The position numbers and the translations under genes are program-made. Source: Chromera velia (taxonomy: Eukaryota). Taken from it: a DNA stretch of 52,640 nt. The stretch is from positions 1 through 52,640 of the forward strand of contig JAHBMJ010000249.1 in NCBI GenBank assembly GCA_018398765.1, given 5' to 3'. This document shows, one piece after another, positions 1-12,414 of this stretch; the stretch's first letter is position 1; the number at the start of each line of letters is the position of its first letter. A model generated the notes under the pieces. That model did not search any database, was not told the DNA's origin, and saw nothing but the letters and a program-made list of their open reading frames with translations.

Positions 1-278
1 GGTCGAACGATGAAAACAGAAATACATCGACAGCGCGACGCATTCAAAGAAGCCATGCACAGAACCTTGACCATCACAGCAGCAGAGAAACCTTTCACAA
101 AAACCTTACAAAGGAAATAACACAGCAAATCGCTGAATGGACCGAACTGACGGAGTGGACGCATCAAGATTGTATTTATATACACATGAGTGTGGGTGCA
201 TGTCTCTGAAATGTCGCGTATCCTTGTATGTAGGAAAAGAGAGTTCCACTATGTGAACACAAAGAAACAAATGCTGAC

Positions 279-746
279 CTCTTCACCCCAAAAATCAATC
301 AGCGAGACCAGAAAAATTATCTGCGGACAGGTGGAGGAGCAGATGCCGAGCTTATCCGATCAATCCCCTCTGGGTTGACACACAGAGAAAAGTATATTAT
401 CAAGGTCAGACAGTTCAAATGAAGCATGCATGCACGAGAAGAGACAATATGTCCACCCACTGACAATGGAGGCAAGCTTCACCCTGTGGACCCAGGGATC
501 TCCTGATTCGCCTCTTGGACTGGAGATCGAGGTGCGCTCTGCGAACTCGCTTTGTCTGTTCAGACGGGCGGCAAGGGACCGCCCGGTCACTACTGAAGCA
601 GCGTGGTGTCCGTACATGACCTTTCGATCGATGTGACGGCTGGTCCACGTACACGTAATCCCTGCGGTGGTGGAAGGAGAAACAGCAGAATCGTTCCACT
701 TTTCTTGGACTGCAGATTGTCGTCGAACATGACGGTCGTCACTCAT
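279..746 (-). CDS. Possible 5' exon(s) of an unknown gene transcribed divergently from the hydrolase and continuing beyond the window start
   Basis: ATG at 746 opens a minus-strand frame (MSDDRHVRRQ...) just downstream of the GC/TGCATGCA-rich segment. There is a donor-like GAG|GTCAGC near 279. No recognisable domain. Confidence 0.2.
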
Positions 747-829
747 GTATAGCGTCGAAAGACAGTTGCATCGATGCCATCGAAAAGGTCCGAGGGATTC
801 AAGCTTATAAGATGTGCTGTCACCCCTAT

Positions 830-1070
830 AGCTGCATGGACTGGGACGCAGTGCTCCCCACGCGGCCGGGCGCCGCCGCGCGCGAGGGTGCATGGCGAAA
901 TGCGCCGGCCGAAGAATCGATCGAGCATCGATCGAGCATGATCGAGCCATGCGCATGCATGCATGCTCAGGGCATGCTCGTGAATGATTCTGGTATGATT
1001 CTGGTGATCGACGTCGATCAGACGGACATTCTCTCATGACCGTGCACAGAGAATCGGTTGCATTGGAACA
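830..1070. promoter_or_regulatory. Putative (bidirectional) promoter with TGCATGCA motif and GC box
   Basis: GC-rich CGCGGCCGGGCGCCGCCGCGCGCG at ~861, repeated ATCGATCGAGC, and TGCATGCA at 956-963 (a known ApiAP2-bound motif in apicomplexans), all upstream of the hydrolase start. Confidence 0.45.
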
Positions 1071-1247
1071 TCATGGACCGTGGTGGCGGTGAGTGCCAAC
1101 ACAGGAGATTCAACAAGACAAAGTGCACGTTCAACTCGCCTTTCTTGACCAGAAAAACGAGTTGGCCATCTTTGCATCTGTTTTTCTTGAGAGCCGTCTC
1201 TCTCGACTTCCTGTAAGCGGTGCTGTAAAGCTTCTCACTTCGCCGCT

Positions 1248-2254
1248 ATGGAAGCACAAGTACCAGCTCCCGCAAAGCGGCGCAACTTTTTGTTTCGATT
1301 CCTTCAGACTTTGGTGAAGATTCCACCTCGTCTTGTCTACTCTTTGGTTGTGGAAACGCTCCTCCCGCTGAAACATGACCCTGTACTGTTGCACGCGTTT
1401 ATCGGCGTCCTCGTGATTCTTCTCCATGCACACATGAAGAGAGTCAGGAAGTGCAAAAAGCCACGGAGAGCACTGTACCCCACAAACATCCATGCGAACT
1501 TCATGCTGAGCTCTACTGGCGACTTGTGGTTACGTAGGTGGGAATGGCTGGCGTCCCCGTCTCCCTCATCGGCTTCCCCGTCTCCATCCGTGCCGTCTCC
1601 ACAGTCCGGTCTTGGAAAGGGAAAAAAGAAGGAGAAGGACTTGGTCTTTTTGTTCCACGACTTTGGTGAGCACTCATTGAGACACGAGCACTGGATCAAG
1701 GAACTGTGTGGGAGGGGATACGACGTGTACGCCTTGGTCAGTTGAGTGAGCAGTACAAAATAATCAGACGATGCCCTCGTCAATACAAACAGTATCAATA
1801 CGTGATTCATGGCAAGTATGCTCTCTGCACTGGACCAAGAAAGTGTGAAGGTCGAATACGATGCGTAAATTTCGGGACAGCATAACAGCAGAGTAAGTCA
1901 GGTCTGCAACACACGCACAGACAGAACTAGAAAGGATCCCTCATTTATTTTTTATGGCCCGGTTACATGGGGAATTCGGACCTCCTGGCTTGGTCTCGCC
2001 TCGCTCACCCCCGTTGGCTACTGACTCTCACTCTCAGCTGCTTAGTCAAACAGCCCACCTAACAGAGCGTAGACCTTTTGGGGTCTTTCACGTTGTTGTT
2101 CTTCCGTTCTCCGTCTTCTCTCCTGCTGGACCCTTCCTTTCTGGCAATTGGATGACCCATTCACATTCGTGTCATTGCATTATTTCTAGTGTAAGCATGA
2201 CTCACAATGAATTGCCCTGCTTCTTTTGCGGCGTCTTGTTGCTCTCTCCGTCCG

Positions 2255-2316
<62 letters not shown>

Positions 2317-5300
2317 GTGAATGGCCTGAAAGAAAACCTCACGACGAAATGCCCAGAAGACTTCTCCAACGAGGAATTGCCTTGTTGTGATCTCACTCAC
2401 TCGTCTTTTCTTTTCTTTTCTTTTCTTTCTGCAGGACATGAGGGGCCACGGTTTGTCCGACAGTGAGGCGGGAGAAAGAGCTCTCTGGGGCTCTTGCGAG
2501 GCAGTTGTGGAGGACCTGGTGTTGCACGTACAAACGGGTAAGCGGGTGGGGCGGTAAGTGTATGAGACAAAAGGTTTCTGCTTTAATCCTGTGCGCTTGT
2601 CCGAAAGTATGTTCATTCCATTCTTCGTTTTGGATCGCGTGTTCCTTTTCGAATTCAGATTTGCTTCTTTTGTCATTTTTCTCTCGTCGATCACTTTTCT
2701 GGTTTGTTCCATTTGTCTGTTCTTGTTCTCTCTTGGTTGTCTCTGTGAACAGTACCGTCTTTTCTGATCCTCCCCTTTTTCTGTTCACCGCAGTCCTAGC
2801 TAGCCGTCTGCGGCAGGAAGACGCAAACGAGCTGGCACCAGCAGAACAGAAGGATGAGTTTGAGAACGCGGCTGGAGATGGCGATTGTCCTCTTTCTGTT
2901 TTCCTTCCAAGGTTCTTCTTCGTTTCCTTTGGGGTCTCTTCTGCGCTTTCTGTCCTCGTTGCCTCCCGTCTCCGGTCTCTAAAGGGACAAAAGGTCGCGC
3001 TTCCGTTCACAGATGCCGCCTCCACAGCGGTGCAGGGGAGTGCATTTCCCTCGGCATCCCTGACAGCTGTGCCCAGTGCGGTCGTGATGTTTGGACCGAG
3101 ATTTGTTGGTGGGCAGGCAGTGGAACTTCCCGCAACACCCATGGGAAGAGGGAAAAGCAAGGCGGGGGCACTGCTGTCGCTGGGCAACTCTGTGAAATCT
3201 CTGGGCGTCTCGCTTGTGGACTCGATCGGGAGTCTGGCGTCCCGCTTTCTTCCCGAATTCCCTGCTGGTCTGTCTGTCTGTCTGTCTACCTCTCTGTCTG
3301 TTTCTGTCCTCTTCCGGAGGAGCACTCAAAAACCAAATGATGGTGCCTGTTCTCTCTACATAGGTATAAGCTTGTTCAAAATGCAGTTCACTGTCTTTTT
3401 CTCTCTCTTGTCTTGAGTGGAAGCAGCGAGAAGTAGCAAGTGAATTGAGTGATCACGTGAAGTCCCGTCGGAAGTTTCTGTGAATCCTGTTCTCTCTCTG
3501 TTGCAATTGCCCGTCACAGAAAATCGATTAAAGTCTCCCGTGATTGCCTCTTGAATCCCAAACAGTCCCCTGGGTGTGTGTGAAAGAATTCAGGCGAGAT
3601 GTATTTTCGGGGTCCGCTGTTTCTATCAGCATGAGTCGCTCGGTGTTTCTCTCGAAATCTTCTCACACAGTCCAACGGTCTCAAATGAAAATGCGGAAGG
3701 CCTGGCTGGCCTTGCAGTCTTTCGTCTGGTCGGACAGTCAATGAATGGAGACAATCCTGGCTCGTGTGAGGAAGGACGTACATTTGGGGAGACGGCAAGG
3801 ACCTAGCATGCACGTTGGAACATAAAATTATGCATGTGCGTGCGCAGACTGGTCGTGAAACAGCTAGTCCCGATTCCTCTCTTTCTTTTAATTCCTCTGC
3901 AGGGCACTTGAAGACAAAGGACCGCAGCTTTCTGCTACAGGTTGGCAGCCGGCCTCTGTCCCTAGCGACTTGGGTCGTTTCTATTCTTCTCTCCGTCTTT
4001 CTCTGTCTCTCTCTGTCTTTGTGTGTATGAGTGTGTGTCTTCTCCTATTTGTGTTTTTTATCTCTTCTCTTTGTAGTTTGAAGGAAGTCTGTGCGTCTGT
4101 TGCAGAAGTACTTTGCTTCCGCAAAAGGACGATTTGAAAATTGGGCACGCATCGCAGAGGCTTTTCAACGAATTGTCTTTTCTTCCGTGTTTCTCTTACT
4201 ACACTAACCGACGTTTCTCTTCGTGTCTTACTTAGTAAATCAGTGAGTGCATTGGAGTCCCTCTGTTCGCACGATTTCGAGATTGATTTGTCTTCCCTCA
4301 CTCGTGTTCGATTATTGTATGCGCGTGGATTTCCTGTGGCCTGATTTCTCTCCCTGCCTCCCTCTCTCCCTCTTTGTCTCGGCAGGTGGAGGAGCAACTG
4401 CAGCGGGTCGGTCGGCAGTCTGAGCTTGTTTGTGATGTTTTCACGCTTCCAGACAAGTGAACAGAGAATGAGAGAGCCATGGAGAAAGCCAGAGAAAACA
4501 AAAATGAAAAGTCAGAAGGTGCGCACAGAAAACGGTGGGGGGATGCAGGAGAGAGAAGGGAACTGAGAGACTGATGGCAGTAAGGCAGCCTGAGAAGAGC
4601 GCAAGAACGAGATGGTCCGAAGTGCCTGAGGGAGCTCAAAAAAAGTCAGTCAGTGCAGTCAGATGACGGCGGGCACGCAACTAGGCTCTCTGAGTGTCTG
4701 GTTGCTAGCAAAGGTAGAGAAGATAGAGTGAGGGACCGGCTTTTCTGGAGAACCAAACGGTCGCCTCCCTCTTTGAAGCTTCAATCTCAAGCATCCTCAG
4801 TTGCTGTTGAGAAGGCCTTGCAAGGAATTGAGTCCGCCGATGGCTTTTGTGAAGTCTTTTTTGAAAACAGTAAACTCCCGAAGTCCTTGCTCATTGCTGG
4901 ATTTTGTTGTGTTCGATTGATTCGAGGTGGTGGATCTACTTAACAACTTTTCATGCGATGAACACTACAACGTGTGGAGAAGCGTTGTTCCTCCCTTTCT
5001 CCTTCCTGCATGCCACACGCTGGCTACATAATGGCAGGACCCGCTCGTGCTTCACGGAGCTGTTCCGCTTCGGTCGGTCGGCTTGTTCTGCATGTTCGTT
5101 CCCCTCTTTTCCTTTTTCTTTCTTCATCGTCTCACGCATGTCCCTCTAATATCCTTTTTTTCTTTTTGAGATGGCGCTCTCCCAAGTTTCCTCGCGCCGC
5201 CACTCTTCACCTCTGTGCTGTACGCTCTGCCCACACTTCTCTGCTTGCTTTTCCTCGCTCAAACAGCGAATGAATGCCGCCATTTCTTTGCTTTTCTGTC

Positions 5301-6763
5301 TGTCTGTCAACTTGGAGTTTTTGCTTTGACCCCGGGTGTGGAGCCTACTGCTGCTCTTGCGCTGCCCTCCGCTTACCAAAGCGGTAAGGCTTTGTTTGTC
5401 TCAAGGTCCTCTTCGCAGCGTGACTTGACTGGTTGGTTTGGACTGGAGAAGGCGTAATGCTGACAACAATGATGCTGCACTCATTTGAATCTTCCTTCAT
5501 GTGGAGCGCAGAAGCCTGGTGGAGCTACGGAGAGCGGCTGTGAGGGCTGTGAGGATCGCAAAGGTCAGTCTGTCTGCCTGCTTCCCTGTCTTCTGCCTGC
5601 GTATTATTCGCCCAACATGACTCCATCAAGCCCTCGTTGTTTGTTTGTCTATGTGATGCTTCAATGTGTGAAAGCTGACTGACACATTTGTCTCTGGTCC
5701 GTTCTGCGTGCATCATGCAGGACATGCCGCTGCCTCTCCTGGTTGTCCACGGAGAGAGAGATCGCATTGCGTCACTGCAGGGGTACGCAGCTGCATGGAG
5801 TGCTGAAAATGTGAAAGAAATATCTCTCGTGATTCGCAAGGAGACAAGAGGGAGAGGATGGCCTCTACAGAGAAGGCTGTGGATAGCTTTCTTTCTCTGT
5901 GGGAGGGAGGGAGAAAACATTTGTGTGATAGTTCATGAATAACTAGTTGGCTGGCTGAGCTTCGAGTCATTCCTTTTACTTGACAGAGTCGATTGGATGG
6001 AATAACAACGAAAAAAGAGTCCTTTCTTCCGGTCTTCAAGATGGATGCATGCATGGTTTGCCTCCCCGGTCTTTGATTTGCCTACGTGTCTTCTCTTCTC
6101 TTCTCTTCACTGTTCCCCCTCTCTCCCTTCGGTTCTTCCTGGAGTGATGCCTTAAGGAAGGCAGGTTCGACTCCGGCCCCCTGCAGGGGAGACTCTACCT
6201 GTCGGTGTCTAAAAGGAGTTTCGTGCGTTTGCGGCATGTGTCCGATCTTCTTGCCTAAGCACCTTCCTTCCGTCCTTCCTTCCTTTCTTTCTTTCCTTTT
6301 TGCTCAGTCGGATCAAGTGAGTGAGTGAGCGCGTCTATCTGTCTATCTGCCTGCAGGGCTGCTGCGTTCGCGGCTCAGTGGGGGGCAGCACTGCAGACGT
6401 TGTGGGTGATTCCCAACGAAAAGCACGGTCAGCTACCGAATCAAGTTTGATAATCAACTGCGCAGAGATTCATCACGGATACTGAGGGAACCGCGTAAGC
6501 ATGTCCAACTATAGTTGACGGCGGCAAACGTGCATGTGCACTCAAGTAGACACGTGCCTCGTTGACCGATGTGTGCATACAATCCTGCTGCGGGACTGCT
6601 CTCTCTCTTTTTCGTTCATTCAGGTGCAGTTTCTCAGTCCACTAGAATGCCGTCTGTTCAGTCTTTCTTTCCTCTCGTCGCGGTGATCCATTTCTGCTGA
6701 GCCAATCACTCACCATAACTCTCTCTCATTGACGCAGACGGGATGTGCGCGTGTGCCTGTGGG

Positions 6764-6794
<31 letters not shown>

Positions 6795-6827
6795 GAGACT
6801 GACAGACAGAGAGACAGACAGACAGAG

Positions 6828-6860
<33 letters not shown>

Positions 6861-6861
6861 C

Positions 6862-6901
<40 letters not shown>

Positions 6902-7231
6902 CCACAGACAGACAGACACGACAGACAGACAGACACGACAGACAGACAGACAGATAGACTGCCTTTTGTTCCTTGATCACTCCTTTACACAGTCAGTGCC
7001 TTCTCCTCCGTCAGGGACACCGCGCCCCCATCTTCGCATCATTGAGTGAGGGCACACATGCATGAATGGATGGAGATGGATGGATGAACATTGAGTGAGG
7101 GCACACATGCATGAATGGATGGAGATGGATGCATGAATGCAGAGGTTCTTCAATCCGCCTGTTGGCGAGAGAGGGTCCGAGAACTCGACAGCTGGATGCA
7201 GAAAGTGAAAGATCGAGGAGATGCCATGTGA
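1248..7231 (+). CDS. Multi-exon alpha/beta hydrolase, monoglyceride lipase/lysophospholipase (Hydrolase_4) family, with an N-terminal hydrophobic segment
   Basis: Exons joined at GT-AG sites: 1248-1736 ([31 protein letters not shown]), 2435-2537 (DMRGHGLS), 2794-3267, 3903-3940, ~4387-4407, an exon ending ~5383 (acceptor uncertain), 5512-5563, 5721-5782 ([10 protein letters not shown]), 6357-6427 (IPNEKH), 7143-7231 (EVLQ...ELDSWMQK...*). Motif order matches the family. Confidence 0.85.
3390..3475 (+). repeat. Dispersed intronic repeat family A, copy 1
   Basis: CTTGTCTTGAGTGGAAGCAGC...GTGATCACGTGAA...GTCGG recurs at ~52270-52357. Confidence 0.75.
6766..6960. repeat. (ACAG)n compound microsatellite
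   Basis: About 195 bp of GACA/GAGA tandem units, directly visible. Confidence 0.95.
7040..7137 (+). repeat. 49-bp tandem duplication just upstream of the last hydrolase exon
   Basis: CATTGAGTGAGGGCACACATGCATGAATGGATGGAGATGGATG(G/C)ATGAA occurs twice in tandem. Confidence 0.9.
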
Positions 7232-7545
7232 GCTTGCAAGAGGACCGGCTGATCGAAACCAAACCATACAGAAAGGACAGGCAAAGAGGTGCAAGGGGAT
7301 CTGAGAGGACATCTACAGTTGCGTCAGTTATGTTTATCCGCTTGGTTGTATTCGGAACCTGAAAGACATAGTTTTGCATCAGCTGTTGATTTGTCGAGCG
7401 GTTTTTTGAGGGACCGGGGCGACCCGATCTGATGAGATCTGATGGTGATCATTTTCTGGAAACAAGGGGGGGTTCGGAGGGGCGTTCGGCGATGAAGCAG
7501 GCGCATGTTGGACCCCGTCTCAGTGACTATTGGTGTTCCTGGTGC

Positions 7546-7680
7546 TAGAGGTTACGTACTAACCTAGGTTAGTAACGTAACCTAGATTTTTTTGAACCCG
7601 AGGGTAGGTTAGCGATAAAACCTAGGTTAAAACCTAACTAAACTAGTAATTGGAACCTCAACCCCAGGTTCAACCCCTCA
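7546..7680. repeat. Cluster of AACCTAGGTT palindromes and a hairpin at the edge of an AT-rich block; probable transposon subterminal region
   Basis: GGTTACGTACTAACCTAGGTTAGTAACGTAACC is a near-perfect palindrome (7550-7582). AACCTAGGTT recurs at 7619 and AACCCCAGGTT at 7660. Confidence 0.55.
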
Positions 7681-8278
7681 GTTACCCCCGCAACTTCCAA
7701 ACTTATAACTTTGAAGACTTATATGTATTCAGTTTCATCTCAACTACCTTTTACTATAGTATATTTAGTATTGATTTAAATAACACATTGACATTTAATC
7801 TAGTATTTAATGTGATTTAAAATCTATAGATCGAGGAGTACGCTCATCCAGGAGTCATCCTCCTAGACGCCGACTAAACCGTAACGAAAGGCATAGGATA
7901 GGATAAAGTAGGATAGGAATCGATAGGATTTTATGTTCCGGGAATCCCCATGGTCTACTGCCAGATATTGGTTTGCATGCATCATGCAATGAAAAAAGGG
8001 GAGAGATCGATAGATCAGTCTAATTAGAGATCAGTGTGATCAGGTAAAGATTGGTACGACGGTACCACTGGCACAGACTAGGGCAAAGAGTCAAACATTT
8101 ACTAAAACACTTATAATATACAAAGCATACGTAGAAGTAACTTAAGGTAACGCTATAGGTACCCCTGCTAAGAACTTATACTAGAGAGATATGTCCCCCA
8201 TGGACTTCAACCTGAGGACTAGTAGAAGGATCAAATCGCATAGATGTGTTTAATATATTAATATGAATGTACTATGTA

Positions 8279-9300
8279 CACCAATCCTGTAGGGTTACAC
8301 AATCACTTTTTTTAAAATGTTTTGTTACACATTGTTTTATAACTTTTCTTACATATTTTAACAGAATTGTGATGAATGAATTAGTACACACTCTAGTGTG
8401 CATTAATTCAAACTATCACTTTTAGGAATACATTATTACAAGAAGAAAATCGGAGGAGACGGCGAAAATCTGGGGGCATGACTCGATGAGGGTTTTCTAC
8501 CTAGATCAGGACGGCAAATCATAAGTATGCACATGCCATGGAGCACTTCAGGAGGGCTGTGATGGCGTGAGTTTCTCAGTATAGAAACACCGGTCGGGGA
8601 AAAGCAAAGAGAATAAAGAAAAAGAGAAAAAGAGAGAGATGAGATAGAAGAAGGTGGGTAGCTTAGCTCCCCCTGGCCATCTTTTAATCCTACAGACCAG
8701 CGTTTAAAGCCGACCTTTTCTCATAGTTCAGGACAAGCCTCTTTTAAGCCGCTGGGGGTCATTTATCGTGTTTTTGCGTATGCTTTCTCTTTTGAGGGAG
8801 GGCTGCCGAGCTTATCTCTTGCCGAACGTTGGAAGCCTCGAAGGCTAGGCCACTAGTCTAGGCAGACAACGATGACGACGATCATGACGTATGATAATGA
8901 TGATTATTATTATATACTTTAGTATATATTAATTCTAGGTTGGCCTGCTTCGACATGCTTTTGTTCTCCTTTGTGATCATGAACGTTCTCCCATTCAAAA
9001 AGGAAAAAAAGTTTTATCTTCGTCTTCTTCTTCATCTTCAGGATAGTTTGAACTTGATGATACCGCTTTTGGAGCAATAGTGTCGTCAACAACGCGGCAG
9101 CGAGAATTTTTAAACACTGGAGGTAGGGGTAAAAGAGCAGATGCGGGAGCACGGGGGGTGGGAGAGACGGTATTAAAAAATTAGTGTAGAATTATTACAC
9201 ACTAATTGTTACACCCTTTTATGTGTAACAAAAGGGGGGTCAGGGGGACTCAGGGGTAATTGTTACATGTTTAACTTTGTGTAACACTAGAGGATTGGAG
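8279..9300. mobile_element. Non-autonomous Tc1/mariner-type TIR element (MITE), ~1.02 kb, TA target duplication
   Basis: Left TA|CACCAATCCTGTAGGGTTACACAA and right TTGTGTAACACTAGAGGATTGGAG|TA form a 24-bp TIR with 3 mismatches. Internal GTTACAC/GTGTAAC motifs repeat near both ends. No transposase ORF. Confidence 0.8.
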
Positions 9301-12180
9301 TAGTAGTACTATAGTTTCTACATCTAGTAGTTCCATATCGATTTCGTTTTTAATTGAGAGGCTAACTTTGAAGATATGATAGGATTCCTAGTATAGGATT
9401 CGTGTTTGGACGACTAGTTAGACGATATTAACCTCCTGGCTCTTAGTCAGGCTCCTGCACCTAATCATACTCACTGACCTATACTAGGACCTACAGTCAC
9501 TAACAATCAATCAATGCCGAGCGTTTGATAGTCTATAATCAACTATAGCTAATCAACGCCGATTCAACGGTCGTTTAATAGTCAAATCTAAAGTGAAATT
9601 CAGTAACAAGAAAACGGTCTTGTTTAACTCGCTTCTGGATCCGCTTTTTAGTTATATGAAGGAGAACATATTGTGCCTTCATTAACTAGTTCATTAAAAT
9701 TGAAGTTCATTCATTTTCATCCCCTGATCTTTAATATTAATTGGTCTAGTTCGACCAGACTGTCTGACGCTGTCAATTGACTCCATCAGTTCGAACGAGT
9801 TCGTCCTTATTCGATCCATCGATCGATCGATCGATCAATCCGAGTCCTTTTCCGGCAGTGTCAGTTGGACTATGATTTACAAACGGGGGTATGCGCACAT
9901 GTCCGCCTAGCTAGATGTCCGCCCCTCTTTCGAATTCATTTTCTATGCTGCGCTGCAACCCCAGTGTAGGCACACAAACGCCGCACACACGCGACGGGTC
10001 GGTCCCGCCTCTTTCTCTTCATCCATCCAAACCAAACCAAACCAAGCGTTTCATTCCTCTAGCTGCTTTCTCATTCTTACAATAGGCATACAAAGCCAGC
10101 CCTCCGCTTGGCTACATGGGCTGAAAAACAGCCGACCTTCTTACATGGAAAGAGCCCTCCCGCGCAGGGAGGCTTCTTCCCACTCTTTCCCTCTCCTTCT
10201 CGACCATTTCGGCTGTCAGCACTGTGACAGAAACGACCTTCCTTCCAACTGTGTCCCCCGGACCAAAGAACCATTCAAACTTGCTCCCCGCCTCTCAGAG
10301 ACCATACGATGAAATCACATCCATCGTGATTCTCCCCCTTCCCTCACATCCGAGGGCCTTTCCCTTCGATCTGTCTCGACCATCCGAAGAAAAAGACCAG
10401 ACGAAGCAAGTAAGGAAAGCCAACAGACAGAAAGAAAAGAATGAGAGAAACCCCCCCCCCAACCAGCCCTCGCTGCGTCTCCTGCAGTTCTTCGCACGCA
10501 CGGAGTAGCGAGGTTACATGCATTCATTGTTTGCTGGTTTGTTCGGAATTTCTGTCTGTCTGTCTGACCGTCTGTCTGTGTGCCTGCGAGCGTGATGTGC
10601 CCCCCTTCTGCTTTTTGTTCTCTCTCATTCACCATTCACGACCCCGAAACCCAGTGCCCATCACATTCCCTCGCTCTCTCCCCAACCAACCGAGAGAACA
10701 AAAGCAGAAGTATGAGCAGAGAAATGCCCAGACAGACAGAGAGAGAAAAAACGAGAGAGAAGACAACTCATGGCACTGCCAGTGAACGACAGCCTGCCCG
10801 CTTGTGCCACCGGCGGCTGCGAGGCACAAAGAGGCAAAGAAGAAAAGAGCAAGAAATAGATTGAAGAAAAAAAATGCCTTTCTTCACGCGTACATACAAC
10901 ACAAAGACGGAGCAGGAACTGAGAAGGAGGAAGGAAGCAAGCAAGCAGCCACACACAGTTTGAATTACACGACGCGCCGACAAACGGACACGTACAGAGT
11001 CGAGTGAAGACAGTCTTCAGATGAGAGAGAGAGAGAGAGGAATGAGGCAGCAGCGCAACTCAATCAATGAAGTCAGCTGGCAAGTTCCGGTGTGTTTTGT
11101 TTTTCTTCTGCCTCTTTTCACCCGACAGCCAAGCAGCCTTTCACGTTATGGAAACGCAACTGATGGGTCGGTAGACAGAGAGGGCAATCAAAAGGCACAA
11201 AGCTCTAATTCCATGCATACCACACGGAACTCTCCCTGCCAACACGCCCCTACATGGGCCTCCTGAATGAGTAACTGACTGACTGACCGACTCAGGAAGA
11301 CAAATCGAATTCCAGACAACAACCATGTTCTCTCTGTGCGTGTGTGTGTAAAAGTGTGTGTGTGTGTGTGTGTGTGTTCGATCGACCATGTGTCCAGAAT
11401 TAAGAGTCAGTCGAAGTCAGTCATGCAAGCAGGAAGGCGGTGGAACGAAAAAAGTTCCTTCTAGCGGGAGCTGCGTCGTCTGTTCTCTTCTCAAGTGGGG
11501 GCTAAGTCTCGCGTCTCTATCGTGAGACATGTGAATGGATCAAAACCCAGTAAATTGAGAAGGGCGGAGGAGAAAAGAGAAGGGATCAGATGAGCGGAAA
11601 ATGACTATCCCTCTCCTTTTAATACCTTTCCTTCGGCTCATACTGACTGAATTCTTTTTTTCTTGAATTCTCTTCAATGTTTTTGTTCCCCCAAACAGAC
11701 AGCGAGAGAGAACAACAAAAGGGATCAGGAAGGAAAGAGCTGAACAGCAGTTGCAAGGAAGGACCCCATTCTTCAGGCGAGGGGCCACCCCGAGGAACGG
11801 TCGAGACAACCCGCCCTCCCACTCCTCCGTTGAACGTGCATGTTGTTTTCTCTCCCTCTTCATCGAGGCACCTCTGGCAGCCTGCCTGCCTCTAGGGCTT
11901 CTTCACCTCGTTGTTTCTTACTGCAGTGCCACCACACCCCTCTCCTCCTTTTCCCGTTTGAGGAGGCTGTCGTCCCCCTACAGCCTCTTTCTTTCTCGCG
12001 ATCTCAGTCTCTTTCTTTGCTGTTTGGGAGGGAAGAGATGCAGAGGTCAAGGCAAACTGAAAACGACTTAGAGAATTCAAGGCGCGCAGTTTCCGTCAGG
12101 CAGGCAGGATGCGTTAAACAAAAGATCACAGGGACGAAGCTGCAAAGCTTCCACTGACAGGTGTACAGAGACGAAAAAAG

Positions 12181-12217
<37 letters not shown>

Positions 12218-12414
12218 GGAGAGAACGAGAGGTATGAGAACACAGAGAGGAGAAGAAAGCGAGACATCAACAGGTGCAGAAAGGAACCTCCCCACCACTC
12301 AGAAGAGGAGCAATGAGGAGAGAGAGAGGGAAGATGGAGAATGACCAGCCCGCTTCATCATTCACAAACGGATGAACGAACGAAGAGGTATGCACGCAAG
12401 GGCTTTCTTCTCTC

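Noticed and set aside
2393..3325. Long antisense ORFs (e.g. 2393-3325, 13961-14468, 15076-15666, 47360-48039)
   Set aside because: They are shadows of real coding exons on the opposite strand.
10000..12400. Short overlapping ORFs downstream of AP2 gene A
   Set aside because: Low-complexity UTR/intergenic composition with no protein motifs.
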